A stretch of 64,000 nt of DNA, taken from assembly GCA_050613775.1 (NCBI GenBank), contig JBODTK010000131.1, positions 1 to 64,000 on the forward strand. The letters run 5' to 3'. Within the stretch, counting starts at the first letter, position 1. Every line of letters begins with the position of its first letter. The position numbers and the translations under genes were made by a program. The stretch comes from Neocallimastix sp. 'constans' (taxonomy: Eukaryota). The notes beneath the pieces are model-generated. The model ran no database searches and was not told the origin of the DNA. It saw nothing but the letters and a program-made list of their open reading frames with translations. Of this stretch, positions 51,674 to 64,000 are shown piece by piece.

Positions 51674-54489
51674 CATTTTAAATACTATTAATAATATACA
51701 TTTATTATATATACAAATAAATTATAATATAATTTATGAACTACTATAATTTTTTTTTTATCGAGAGTTGTTACAAAAAAAAAAAAAAAAAAAAACTTTA
51801 ATTCATATAAATCTAATCAAAGATAAGCACAAAAAATTTGTTACATTTTATATTAAAAGAAATTTAAATAATAATTTTTTTTTTATAGTATTAATATTAA
51901 AAAGGGGGATATATTATTTATCTTTTATTAACAATTACACTTTATTGTGTTTTATTATTGTTTTTCATAATAAACTTTATTACTTTTAATTATTATATAA
52001 ACAATTATTATAAATATAAAAATTATTAATAATTTTATCTTTGAAAATAAAAAGAAAAGTTGTATTAGATAAATAAATTAAATATTTAAATATATTAAAT
52101 AAATATAAATATTATAATTAAAAATAGCTTCCTAAAAAGAAAAAAGAAAAAATAAAAAATTGGAAAAGAACCTCTGAGTATATTAATATCAATTGTTAAC
52201 ATAAATGATTTCACATCATTGAATATTATACTTAATTTAAAAGAAAAGTGTTACATATAAGTAATCTTATTAAAAAATAAATATTCATTTAAATATTTTT
52301 TATTAAATTAATTATTAAATTTAATATTTTTTTCACAAAAATAATAATTATATTATAGAAATTTTTAAATATTAAAATATTATTTTATTTTATGTTGTTT
52401 TTGCTGTTGCTATCAATAATATTTCTTTCTTTAAAATAAAATTATTAAGAAATTATAGATTTAAGTTTGATGGTTGATATAAATAAAAAAAAAAAATTAA
52501 AATGCCTACCAAAAAAACAAAAAAAAGAAAAAAATTAATTTATCTACCAAAAAAAAAAAAAATTAATTTACCAAAAAATAAAAAAAATTAATTTAACTAC
52601 CAAAAAATTTTTTAACTACCAAAAAAAAATAGTCAAAAAAAAATGTCAAATATATTTATATCATTAAAAAAAATTAAATAATAAAAAAACAATATGATAT
52701 TCAATATTAGCTATTTGCATTAAAAAATAAAATTATTAATTGTATTAATGTTTAATGTTTTATTAATGTATTAATGTTTTTTTTCTTTCAAATTTTTTTT
52801 TTATTTTGTTTATAAGATAAAATAAAAAAATAAGAAAATAAACAATTAAATAGATGTTATTATTTCATGATATACAAACAAAAAATGAATACATAAGAGA
52901 ATATTCGAAAAACATGGTTTAAAATTATTAACTATATATGATATAGTTATTAATTATTAATTATTCATTATCAATGATTTTTGTATACAAAAAGAAGAAT
53001 TTAATTTTAAAAATTCTAAAAATTTTGTTGTTATTATTAAATATTAATTTAATTTAGATTTCTAATATAATTGGTTGAAATGAAATAATAACATCTATTA
53101 AAATAATTTGTTCTTTTTTTTTTCTTTTTTTTTTTTTTTATCTATATATATAAACAAGATAAAAAAATTTATTAAGAATTAAATCATTAATAAATAAATA
53201 ATTTGATATATTAATATATGCATCTAATATTGAATATAAAGTTATATATTTATTTTTATTTTTTTTCTTAATAGACTATATATATACTATTATATATATT
53301 ACATTACTCAAAATTAATAAACATTCTTAACTTTTTTTTTTAAAAAAAAATAATAAATATAAATAATATAGAAGAAAAAAAAAATTGAAATTATTTTTTT
53401 ATTATTTAAAAATAAAAAACAATTCCATTTAATATATATATATACATATGAAGATCTTTTCTATTTTAGGAATAATAAATATTTTAATATATTTAAAATA
53501 TTCTACTTGTTTCTTTTTCTATACAGTCTTCTATTAATACTAATGTTTAATGTAATAAAAATTATATATTTATATATGATATAAAATGAAAATAAAACTT
53601 TAATTATTAATAAATTATTTTATTAATAATTACATAAAAATAATTATCATATGATTTATAAAATGATTCAGAAATAACGTGATATAAGATAAATTTATGT
53701 AATATCATAAATTCTCTAAAAATACATAAAATTAATGTAAACATAAAATTTATAACATAAATTTTATGTTATGTAAATATGTAAATAATTTATAAATTAA
53801 TTAAGTTTAATTTTATTTTAATTATTTTATTTTATTATATTTTTATTATATTTTTATTATATTTTTATAATATTTTTATATTTTTTATATTTTATAATTA
53901 TTTTATTATTTATATTATACTTTTTATAATATTTAACTAAATATTTATTTCTTATTATTTTTAAATAGTTTATAATTAAAGAAAATTATATAAAGAATAC
54001 ATTTTTTTATGTTAATTCTTTGCAATTCAAATAGTTAAAATTATAATAATAAAAATTGCCAAAATAAATATATTTTATTAGTAAAATTAGTTTAATGATA
54101 TTTAATATGAATTTATAAAAATTATTAGTAATTAAATAAATTTAAATTATAAAATAAATAAATAAATATTTAATAAATAAATAAATAAAATTATATTATA
54201 TTAATAAATTTCATAAATAATTTATATAACTTCTCCCAGTAAGAGATTGAACCAAGGTGTACTTTATCATATAATTAATATATAAATAAAAAAAAAAAAA
54301 GTCATTTTTTTTATAACTATTTAACCAATTATATTGAAATATTTTATATTAATAATGAATTAGTAAGAATTAGTAATATTGAAACAAAAAGTTTAATTTC
54401 TATCTTTTCATATTAAATACTAACTGGAAAATTTAATGTATGACAGTTTAAAGTAATAATTTCTGTTAAAAGTAATTGATATAAAAGAA

Positions 54490-54566
54490 AATAAGCCACT
54501 TTTATAACAGTTTATTTAAGTATGCCATATTTAATATAAAGCCACGTTCCGAAATGCAACTCTTCC
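54490..54566 (-). mobile_element. Terminal-inverted-repeat-like end of a DNA transposon/MITE
   Basis: AAAGCCACGTTCCGAAATGCAAC is the near reverse complement of GGTGCGTTTCGGAATGTGGCTTT at ~63846. Confidence 0.45.
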
Positions 54567-54952
54567 TTTATATATATAATTATTACTTTACCAAAATTTT
54601 TATTCTAAAAATATTGGATACCAAAGTAATTTTTTAAGATTTCTTTGATTTTTTGTCTAAAATAAAATATTCATAAATCAAGTATGATTGATTATATCCT
54701 CATTTTTATTATATTAATGAATTAAATTTAAATATTAATTATATATATATATATTTTTTTAATAATTATATTCTATATTCTTTGAATTAATTTACTTTAA
54801 TAGGATATAAATTTTATAAATAAAGAAATATCATAACTTTGTTATGAAAATAGGTTAAGAAAATAACTATTTTTAACTTATTTTTTTTTTTTTTTTTTTT
54901 TTTTGTTTAATAATAGATTTTATGAAATTTTTAAAATTAATAAATGATTGTT

Positions 54953-54983
<31 letters not shown>

Positions 54984-56317
54984 GATTAAATTTTTATAAT
55001 TCATACATTTAGAATATATATATATATATATATTTATCACACTATAGTATTTATTGTTATTTTTTTTTTTTTTTTTTTTTTTTTAGAAAAAATATTTTAC
55101 TCTAAAAATATATATATATATATATATTTTTTATAACATTATACATTATAATAAAATATAAATAATATTTTACAATTATTTTTCATATTACTTAAATAAA
55201 AATATAGATATAAGAAATTAAAATTAAAATTAATTTTTTTTTTAATTTTATATGTTTATTATAAATATTATTTTATAGTTATTTTATTAATTTATTATTA
55301 ATATTTATTTATTTGATTATTTATTTATATATTTAATTAAATATATATATATATTCTATTTTTATACTATTAATATTTTTATATACACATATTAAGAATA
55401 ACTCTTTTATAAAGTTGATATAAACTTGTATATTGTCATTAAATAAATTAATATTACTCGGTTCTGCATTAATAGCTTCATCGTTTGCTTCTTCATTCGC
55501 TTTTCCATTTGCTTTGTCATTTACTGGTACATACATATATTGGTATTTCTAATTATATGTCAAGTTGGAATACTCATTAATATTCTCCAGTTATAATTGT
55601 CCCATTTATTAACAATTAATTTCATCTTCAGTTTTCCTATCAATTATGAATTTATTGTTTTCATCAGTATAAATTGAATCATAATGAATTCTTTTTGGAA
55701 GGTAATCCGACTGATTCTAAAATTTTTTTTCTCTCTTATTCCTTATACATTTTTTTTTGAATTGTATTCCCTTTTCTGAAATCAGGGGGAGTTATTATAA
55801 GTATTTTTAATTTTTAATGATTCTAATTTTATACAACAAAATTATATTATCTCCCAAAGTATTAAGTAATAATATCAATAAAGTCAATATTAAAAATAAA
55901 GATTAAAACCATCTCAAAATATAATAATAACGATAAACTCAAAGACACAAAAACCCTGAACCATCCGCATTATCAAAATTTCTCATTGCTAATAATAATA
56001 ATAATAATAATAATAATTATAATAATAATAATAATAATAGGAAAGTTAAAAGAAAAAGAAAAAATTATGAAGTAAGAGTTGAAATATTTTAAAAGTTAAA
56101 TATTTTTTAAATCCTATTTATTTTACTCATAAATTAAATTAAAATAATTATTTTAAATTTAAAATAGATCATTGATATTTTTGATGTAAACATTAAAATG
56201 AATTTTATTTTGAATTTGGATTAAAATTGGCTAAAAATAAATGGCATTAGTACTTCAGGTATAAAATATTTATTTTAACATTTAAATTATTAATAGAGAA
56301 AATGATAATTAAGAATC

Positions 56318-56350
<33 letters not shown>

Positions 56351-56689
56351 TTTAAATTATAATTATTTGATAATAATTAATTGAAATTAATAATATATAC
56401 AGCATTATAAACATTATTATAAATGTTAATATAACATTTAATATTAATATAATTATTAATATTTGGTATAGTACATTTCAATTCTTTGTTTTATCATATT
56501 GTTATCGTTGTAGATATTCAATTAGTATTAATTTGGAGAAAAATCAAAGATTAAGTCAATTTTTTAATTCATATTCGTTTGATCACAATTAATTAATATT
56601 CACAATGAATTCTTTTATTTGTTTTATTAATGTAATATAGTAATTGGTAGTTTAGTGAATATAAAATAATAATAAATATAATAAATAAA

Positions 56690-57480
56690 TTTGCATCCAT
56701 TTTTTAAGCCTTACTTTATGAGTCCAATTAATAGGCATTATTAATACAAATATTTATATAAATGATAATATTAATATTAGTTGTGAATTCTTTTAATTCT
56801 TTAATTAAATACTTTAATAAATTTTAATGATATGAATATTAAATGAAAACTGATATACTAAAAAAAAGGAAATTCGAATCAATTGTTCAAATTGTATTCT
56901 CTAAACCAAGATTAATTAATATTAATGATACCATTATTTATATAAATAGGAATATTAATATTTGTTATGAATTCATTTAATCCTTTAATTATATATTAGC
57001 AATTATTAATAGATATATTAAAAAAAAAATTCAAGTAAATTATTAAACTGTATTTTATTAGCAAGATTAATGGGCATTATTAATACAAATACTATTATAT
57101 ATGATTATTAATATTTACTATATTATATTATACTAATTATTAATATTTTAAAAATAAAACAAAAAAACGAAACATTAAAAAAAAAAATTAGGTAAATATG
57201 ATTAATTGGCATTATTAATACAAATATTAATATCAATAGTAATATTAATATTTGTAATAAACTAATTTAATTATTTTATCTTAAAATACAAATTGTTAAG
57301 AAATACGAAATAAGTATTGATATATTAAAAAAATGATTGTATCTATTGTTTAAGCTGTGTTTATTTGACACTACAATTAATAAGAGTTATTGATAAAAAA
57401 TATTTTTATAAATAAAATTACTAATATTAAATGAAATATTATATGATTTATTTTATTAAATATTAACATATGTTGACAAT
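56690..57480. repeat. Degenerate tandem repeat, roughly 140-180-bp units
   Basis: GGCATTATTAATACAAATA recurs at ~56734, ~57073 and ~57208, with weaker copies in between. Confidence 0.55.
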
Positions 57481-57559
57481 TATTAAATCATTATTATTAT
57501 TACTATTATTATTATTATTAAAATATGGTCAAATTTGATGTATTTAATTATGTTGTACT

Positions 57560-59500
57560 CTTTATATTATAATATTTTTATAATAAAGTTAAAATATTAT
57601 AATAAAATGAGTGCAACGAGTAATAATACTCTAGTTTACATGCATTTATATATATCAAATATGGCTTATACCTTACAGATACTAATGAAATATACATGAC
57701 ATAGAATATTCACATATTCTAACATTCCCTCTTAAACCTAATTTTCTTAAAAGATAATTTGGTTTACTGGTGAATATATGTATTTACATGTTATGTTATA
57801 ATAATTATTATTTAAATCTAAATTTTCTAAATTTTCTAAAACAAAATTTTCTCTAATTTCAACTATTTTAATATTTATATTTCATAAAATTTTAACATAT
57901 TATATATTTTTTTTTATATAAAACTATCTATATAATTTAATCTTGATATACTAAGAATAATTATTATTCTCCCTAAAACTAATTTTATTATTACACCTAT
58001 GACTAATTTTAAATTTTGGATGAATCTTTATCATCTCAATTATAATTTATGATATTAATATTCCATTTATATGATGGAAACCTTTCTCTTGAAGGGTGAT
58101 ATTATAACATCTCAATTTCTCAATTTGTGTGAATACCTCTTATATATTGGGTTTTACAGCACTTTCAATTATAATCCGTTTTAGAGATTAGAGCTAACTT
58201 TTATATATTTTCGCATTGTTGTTTTAGCGATAACTTTTATATAATATAAAATATTTATGGTGTATAATTTTGTTAATTTTGGAAAAATTATAGTTTCTCT
58301 TTTTATATTTAGTATTGTTATTTTCAATATTTTTAAATAATTGAAATCATATATTCAGTTTCTTTTATTGTTGTCTATATATTAATTTCATGTTATTATT
58401 ATAGAATCTTATTTAAATTTTCGTTTTCTCTTTAACTCAATATTTATTTGAAAATTTTCAAAAAAAAAAAATTTTTTTTTCATTACTTCAAAAATATTTA
58501 TTCGTGTATTTTCAGATTTGATTTGAACGTTATTAAAATTTCAAGATTTTCATTTTTAATCTCTTTCCCCCTGAAATCCAAATATTTTATTTCAATAAAA
58601 TTTTGGATTTTCACATAATTTGTAGTATTAAAGTTTTATATCATCTTAAATAACTCATTGGTAATTTAATTATGTCTTTAGCATGACATCTTGCAATAAT
58701 ATTATAGTATAATAATAACACAGGTTTACTATTTAATATTTAGGTTTAGAATTGGTTTGGAAACTCATTAGGATTTACACCAACCTATAAGGATTGAAAA
58801 CTCTTCGGAATTACATCATCACATTATGTAAATGACAACTCTTAGGTATACACATTGGTTTTTTTGTCTTATAAATTAATGTGCTTTTTACAGTTTAGCA
58901 GTAGCTATTGCTTTTAAGATTAACAATAACTTTATGATTGCGATTATTATTATTATGTACTACATATTATTATATTGTCTAAATGGAATGATAATGAGTT
59001 ATATTATGATTTGGGGAATTGAAATTAATGTTAAACATTAATTATTTACGTGACTTATTTAATTTAGTAACGTGTGATAACACGTATTAATGCATTTAAA
59101 AGAGAGTTTGGATTCATTGAGTTATGTTGGAATATATTTAAACCTATATTAATCTAAATGACATAGATATTTTCTCTTTATAATCCAAGTTTATTTTCCT
59201 TAAGATTTAAATAATATTTGTGAATGACTGAAATACATTAAAACTTTAGAATATTATTAAGATGAAAATTAAATAATAGTTTCTTAATTTGTCGTTAACA
59301 TAAATGGTAAGTCTTTATTAGTTATTATATTAATAATGCTAACTTTATTATAAAAATATTATAATATAAAGAGTACAACGAGTAATAATACTCAAGTTTT
59401 TATGTATTTATATATTATCAAATATCAAATATGGCTTGTACCTTACTTATACTAATGTAATGTAATGTACATGATTAATGTATACATAGAATATTCACAA
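57560..59500 (-). mobile_element. Heavily decayed, internally deleted copia element
   Basis: Direct repeats ~57590-57712 and ~59352-59499 (GAGT.CAACGAGTAATAATACTC..ATATGGCTT.TACCTTAC..CATAGAATATTCACA). On the minus strand the PPT AAGAGGGAA is followed by TGTTAGAATA at 57724. Confidence 0.75.
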
Positions 59501-60671
59501 TTATTATTATTATTATTTTATTATTTTTATTATTATTTTATTTTATTTAAATAAAAATACAATAATTTAATTTTAAAAATATTTTGTGATAATAACAAGG
59601 AAAAATTAATGATATTAATAAATAATTTAATAGTTTAAATAAATAATTAAAATTTGATATGAAATAAAATAAGAAAATAGGTAAAAATATCATAAAATAA
59701 TTATAAAATATAAATGTAAATAATAATTACGTATTAAATGAAATTAATGAATACAAAATGTAAGAAATTATTGTAAAACAAATAGATAAATAGTAAATAG
59801 GAAAAATGTATTAATTAGAGTTTAGGAAATATTTTATTATAGTTCATATAGAAAAATAGTAATTTTATAACATTTATTAAGAATAGGAATTTTATTAGAG
59901 AATATTATTATAACACCTGATGTTTACTCCTTAATATAATTTATATATTTCATAGTAAAAGTCATATATTATAATAATTAAGATAATAATTAAGATAAAG
60001 TATAAATAGTACAAAAAATAGTTCAATTGCTGGAGGAGCTAAATAGTTCATAAACATATAATAAATAAATAAAAAGATTTTAAAAAGAAAACTATACTTA
60101 AAACCTCTCTTTAATAGACTAAAGTTAATTTCTTAACTGAACCTTATCAAATTTTTATAAAGTTGGATAATACACGTAAAAAAATAATCCAATTAAAAAT
60201 TAGAAATATATTAAAATTTTAAATGTAAATTAATATTAAATTGAAATGGTTATTTTTATATTTATATTTTTTATAAAATTAAAAATGAATATTTAATAAT
60301 ATATATAATCATTATTAAATAATAATTTGATATTATTATTTATATAAAAAGAAATAAAATATATAAAAATAAATTATGTAAATAACAGTTGAAATGTATA
60401 AATTAAAGATTTCATAATATTAAATAATTAATGATATAATTAAATTATTAAATATATTAATTAATAAATTTATAATATATATTAAAATAATCAAAATAAT
60501 AATAATAAAAAAAATGGTTTAATATATAAAAAATTATATATAGATACACTTAAACTATTTTATAACATTAATTACAATTAAGGTAGAATTTATGGCTATC
60601 AGTTTATTAAATACTATATATTTAATATATTTAATATTTTAAATATTATATCATTACTTTCTAAATATAAT

Positions 60672-60710
<39 letters not shown>

Positions 60711-62469
60711 TATTATTTATTTAAAGTATATAAAAGAATTTATATGGTTTAAAATTTTTATTTAATTATTGTAAAATTTTAATTATTATATAATTATAAT
60801 TTACAATTATATTTTACTTTCGATCAAGCGTTGAATTAAATTACTATAAAAAAAATTAATGTTCAACTATTTAATAATAATAAGTCCTCGTGAGTATATA
60901 TGGAGAAGAAAAAAATTAGTATATACTCGATATTATTATTTTGTTTTTAATTTTTGAAAAATTACTATTAATTGTTTTCATTTGAATAATAACTTGATCT
61001 ACTACAATTTGAATTGGAACAAAAGTCTTAATATAACTGTCTACTTCGGTTGATAATATATTTGGCTTAGAGTTCTCTGATATATAACTTCTGTAAGAAA
61101 AGTTAGTTATATTATCTTCTTCAGGTGAAGGAACAACTGTACCATTAATAAATATTGTATAATTTAAATAACTTTCATTTTCAAAAATAATACCTGCTAA
61201 AAAATGATTATAATAATTATTGCTATATTCCTTCATTGAATTTTTATTTTCAAATATAATAGAAGTAATCGACATATTTTTAAATATTTCATTTCCCATA
61301 ACTTTATTTTCAATTATTTCATTTTTATTATTTTTAGGTAAAATGAAGCCTAAAGTAGTATCTATATTGGAATTAATAGTTGTTGAAAATTTCATTAATA
61401 TTTCCTATTTCGGATGGTCCAATAGGGTTATATTTAACAATAAAAAAATAACCTCTTTAAAATCAAGATAAAATATGAATAATTTTTTATATATACTATT
61501 ATTTTATTATAATTATTAATAAATATAATAAAAAACATAAAAATAGTAAATATTATATTAAATAAATACAATATATTTTTAAATATATTATTAACATATT
61601 TAAAAAAAAAAAAAAAAAAAAAAAAAGTAATTATTATTTATAAATATTTTATAAATAAATATATTTTTTAATTTATTATTAATAGTTATATATTATTTTA
61701 TAATTTAGAAAAAAAAATGACAGGATTTACTATTGTTACTCTCATTATCGAAATTATTTATATTCTAATGGCTATCGGAATAACTATATATAAATGTGTA
61801 TAAAGAAATAAATAAAAAGTAATTATTAAAAAGGGAAGGTAAATATCAGTTTAAAATATATTTATTTAAGATTTTTATTATTTAAAAATAAAAAAAATGT
61901 ATATAATGATAAAATACCATCATAAAATTTAAACTAATTTAAAAAATATATATATATAAAAATATTAGTATACATAAATAATTAATATAATTATAGTACA
62001 ATATATCTTAATAATTTTTTTTTTTTTAAAAAAAAAAAAAAAACAATATTTTAGTATAATTTATTGTTAAAAAAAGGAAAATAATACAATTTAAAAATTT
62101 ATATATATATAATTATAAAAACTAATATAATTAACCTTTACGTTTAAAATATTTATGGATATATATTTATTTTATTTTTAGCCAATTTTAAATGTTTTTA
62201 ACGTCATACTATAACAATAATTTATTAAAGATTTAAAAATAGATAAAAATAAAAATAATAAAAATAAAATATAAATTAAATAATTAAATAAAATAGAAGT
62301 AAAATGAAAATAAAAAAAAATTGGAATATGAGAAATAAAAATAAAATAAAAAAAATAAAAATAAAAGTATAATAAAAATAAGAATTAAAATAAGAATTAA
62401 AATAAAAATTGAAATAAAAATTAAAATAAAAGTTAAAATAAAAATTAAAATAAAACTAAAAATAAAAGA

Positions 62470-62906
62470 AGTCCTTCCAGTTCTTATTCTGGGTTGCTAA
62501 GTAGTTGGCTTATCATACCATAGGTCTATGAAGCGACTCCCGCCAATATCAAATCTTCGCGATTTTTCCCTCTAGGTTTTGTATGAAAGGTTAATGGTTA
62601 AATGATGCTTAGGTAAGTATGATTTCGCATACGAGGTAACCTTAGTATTATATATTTCTTAATTTCTAATATTTAATGATCCCCACTGCATAAGCCTTGC
62701 CTGACAGAATTACAGTTTCCAGCTCTTCTGGGATGGCAAGGAGGTGACCTATAGTGGGCTCTGTTTTCCTTTGAGGATCGAGTAGGGTGCTTCTATACTG
62801 TAGTTTCTTTGCTTATGGAGGGTTGAGAGCGTCGACGCCGTACCAGTATGACAATTAAACAAACACTAATATTAATATATGGGGGAGACATAGGTCTCAA
62901 GTCTAT
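62470..62906. ncRNA. Candidate structured non-coding RNA or retroelement-derived RNA element (unidentified)
   Basis: About 435-bp GC-rich island in nearly pure A/T flanks, with no ORF of 60 aa or more, many complementary stems and a poly-A run at the right end. Confidence 0.45.
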
Positions 62907-63184
62907 AAAAAAAAAAAAAAAAAAAGAATAAAAGAATAAATAAAATAAAACAAAAAAAAAAATAAAAATAATTGAATATAATTAAATTATAAAATGAAAT
63001 TAGTAATAATTTAAAATAAAAGAAAATTCTTTTTAAGGCTTAGTAAGTATCAAAAACTTTCATTTTTTTAAATTCATAATTTTTTAAATATTAAATAAAA
63101 AAAATTTTTACAAAATATATAAATTTGTATTTATATAATTAATAAATCTATAATATATATTTTAGAAAAAAAAAAATAAAAATA

Positions 63185-63520
63185 TTTTTTTTTATTTTTT
63201 TATTTTTTATTATTAATTAAGGTTTTTATATTTTAAATTATTTATTTTTTATCATTAATTAAATCTTATTTTTTTTTCAATTTTATTTATTTTTTATTAT
63301 TTATTAAGGTTTCTTTTATTTTATTTTTTTTATATTTTATCATTAAAGTTTTTTTTTTTTTCAATTTATTTTTTTTATTTTTTATCATTAATTAAAGCTT
63401 TTTTTTTCTATTTTCTTTATTTTTTATTATTTATTAAAGGCTTTTTTTTTATTTATTTATTTTTTATTATTAATTAAAGGTTTATTTATTTTTATTATTA
63501 TTTATTAATGGCTTTTTTTT
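63185..63520. repeat. Degenerate T-rich tandem repeat (~40-50-bp units)
   Basis: TTTTAT(C/T)ATT(A/T)ATTAA(A)GG.TTTTT recurs about 8 times. Confidence 0.6.
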
Positions 63521-63839
63521 TCGTCTTCTTGTAATAAACTATTTAATTAATTCTTTGAGAATAACTATTAAGTATTTAAATTTAATATAAAGTATAAAAT
63601 TAAATATTAAAATAAAATATTCATAAAATATTAATAAAAATATAAATTTATTATAATTAATAAAATATTAATATAAAATAATAATTATTAAAAATTTAAT
63701 AAAATAAAATAATTAAAATGAAATAAAATAAAACTTAATTCATTTATAAATTATTTACATAACATAAAATTTATGTTATAAATTTTATGTTTGCATTAAT
63801 TTTATGTATTTTCTAGAATTTATGTTGCTATATAAATTT

Positions 63840-64000
63840 GGGGGTGGTGCGTTTCGGAATGTGGCTTTAAATAATTTTACATAAATTTTCATTTCGGAAT
63901 GTGGCTTATATAATTTTTTATAAATTTTTATTTATGAATATAATATTTAAAACATTAAAATAAAATGGCACATATAATTTCTTTAAATATAAATAAAAAT
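63840..64000 (+). mobile_element. Left end of a TIR DNA transposon/MITE running off the window
   Basis: GGGGGTGGTGCGTTTCGGAATGTGGC begins abruptly inside the inverted dispersed repeat. The subterminal motif TTTCGGAATGTGGCTT is repeated at ~63852 and ~63892. Confidence 0.5.

Larger units (their letters stand above)
55330..61540 (-). pseudogene. Decayed, fragmented membrane-protein gene, probably ABCA-subfamily transporter
   Basis: ORF 60916-61395 has LAGIIF..YTI.INGT.VP...Y..TFVPIQ..VDQ.II, resembling an ABCA first extracellular domain. Downstream hydrophobic fragments (~59800-60170, ~55850-56250) contain stops. No Walker motifs seen. Confidence 0.45.

Noticed and set aside
62611..62620. ATACTTACCT on the minus strand equals the 5' end of U1 snRNA
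   Set aside because: No convincing stem-loop I directly after it, no AUUGCAC loop, and no Sm site followed by a terminal hairpin. It is equally a plus-strand splice-donor consensus (AG/GTAAGT).

Overview
Extremely AT-rich eukaryotic DNA. The CotH paralogs, the NKIILELNEK-type ankyrin family, the poly-A/T and (AAT)n tracts and the dense Ty1/copia and Ty3/gypsy debris point to an anaerobic gut fungus (Neocallimastigomycota); this is inferred, not confirmed by any search. From left to right: (1) 1-6.4 kb holds the 3' end of a copia element, an internally deleted gypsy element with a target-site duplication (TSD) and a truncated minus-strand copia. (2) About 6.5-28.7 kb is a six-copy tandem array of minus-strand ankyrin/coiled-coil/ankyrin genes. 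The copies differ in repeat number and at a few hypervariable positions, and one spacer is interrupted by a full-length decayed copia element (219-bp LTRs, TSD ATAAC). (3) Two secreted CotH-kinase paralogs at 31.1-32.9 and 49.5-51.3 kb derive from a segmental duplication. Between them lie LTR copies, a gypsy/copia nest and a 445-aa ankyrin gene. (4) 55-61.5 kb holds a decayed ABCA-like gene split by another copia relic. (5) 62.47-62.91 kb is an unexplained GC-rich, stem-rich non-coding island. The most notable items are the diversifying ankyrin array, copia primer-binding sites (PBS) complementary to the 5' half of tRNA-Lys(CUU), and the structured island. All alignments and counts were done by eye.
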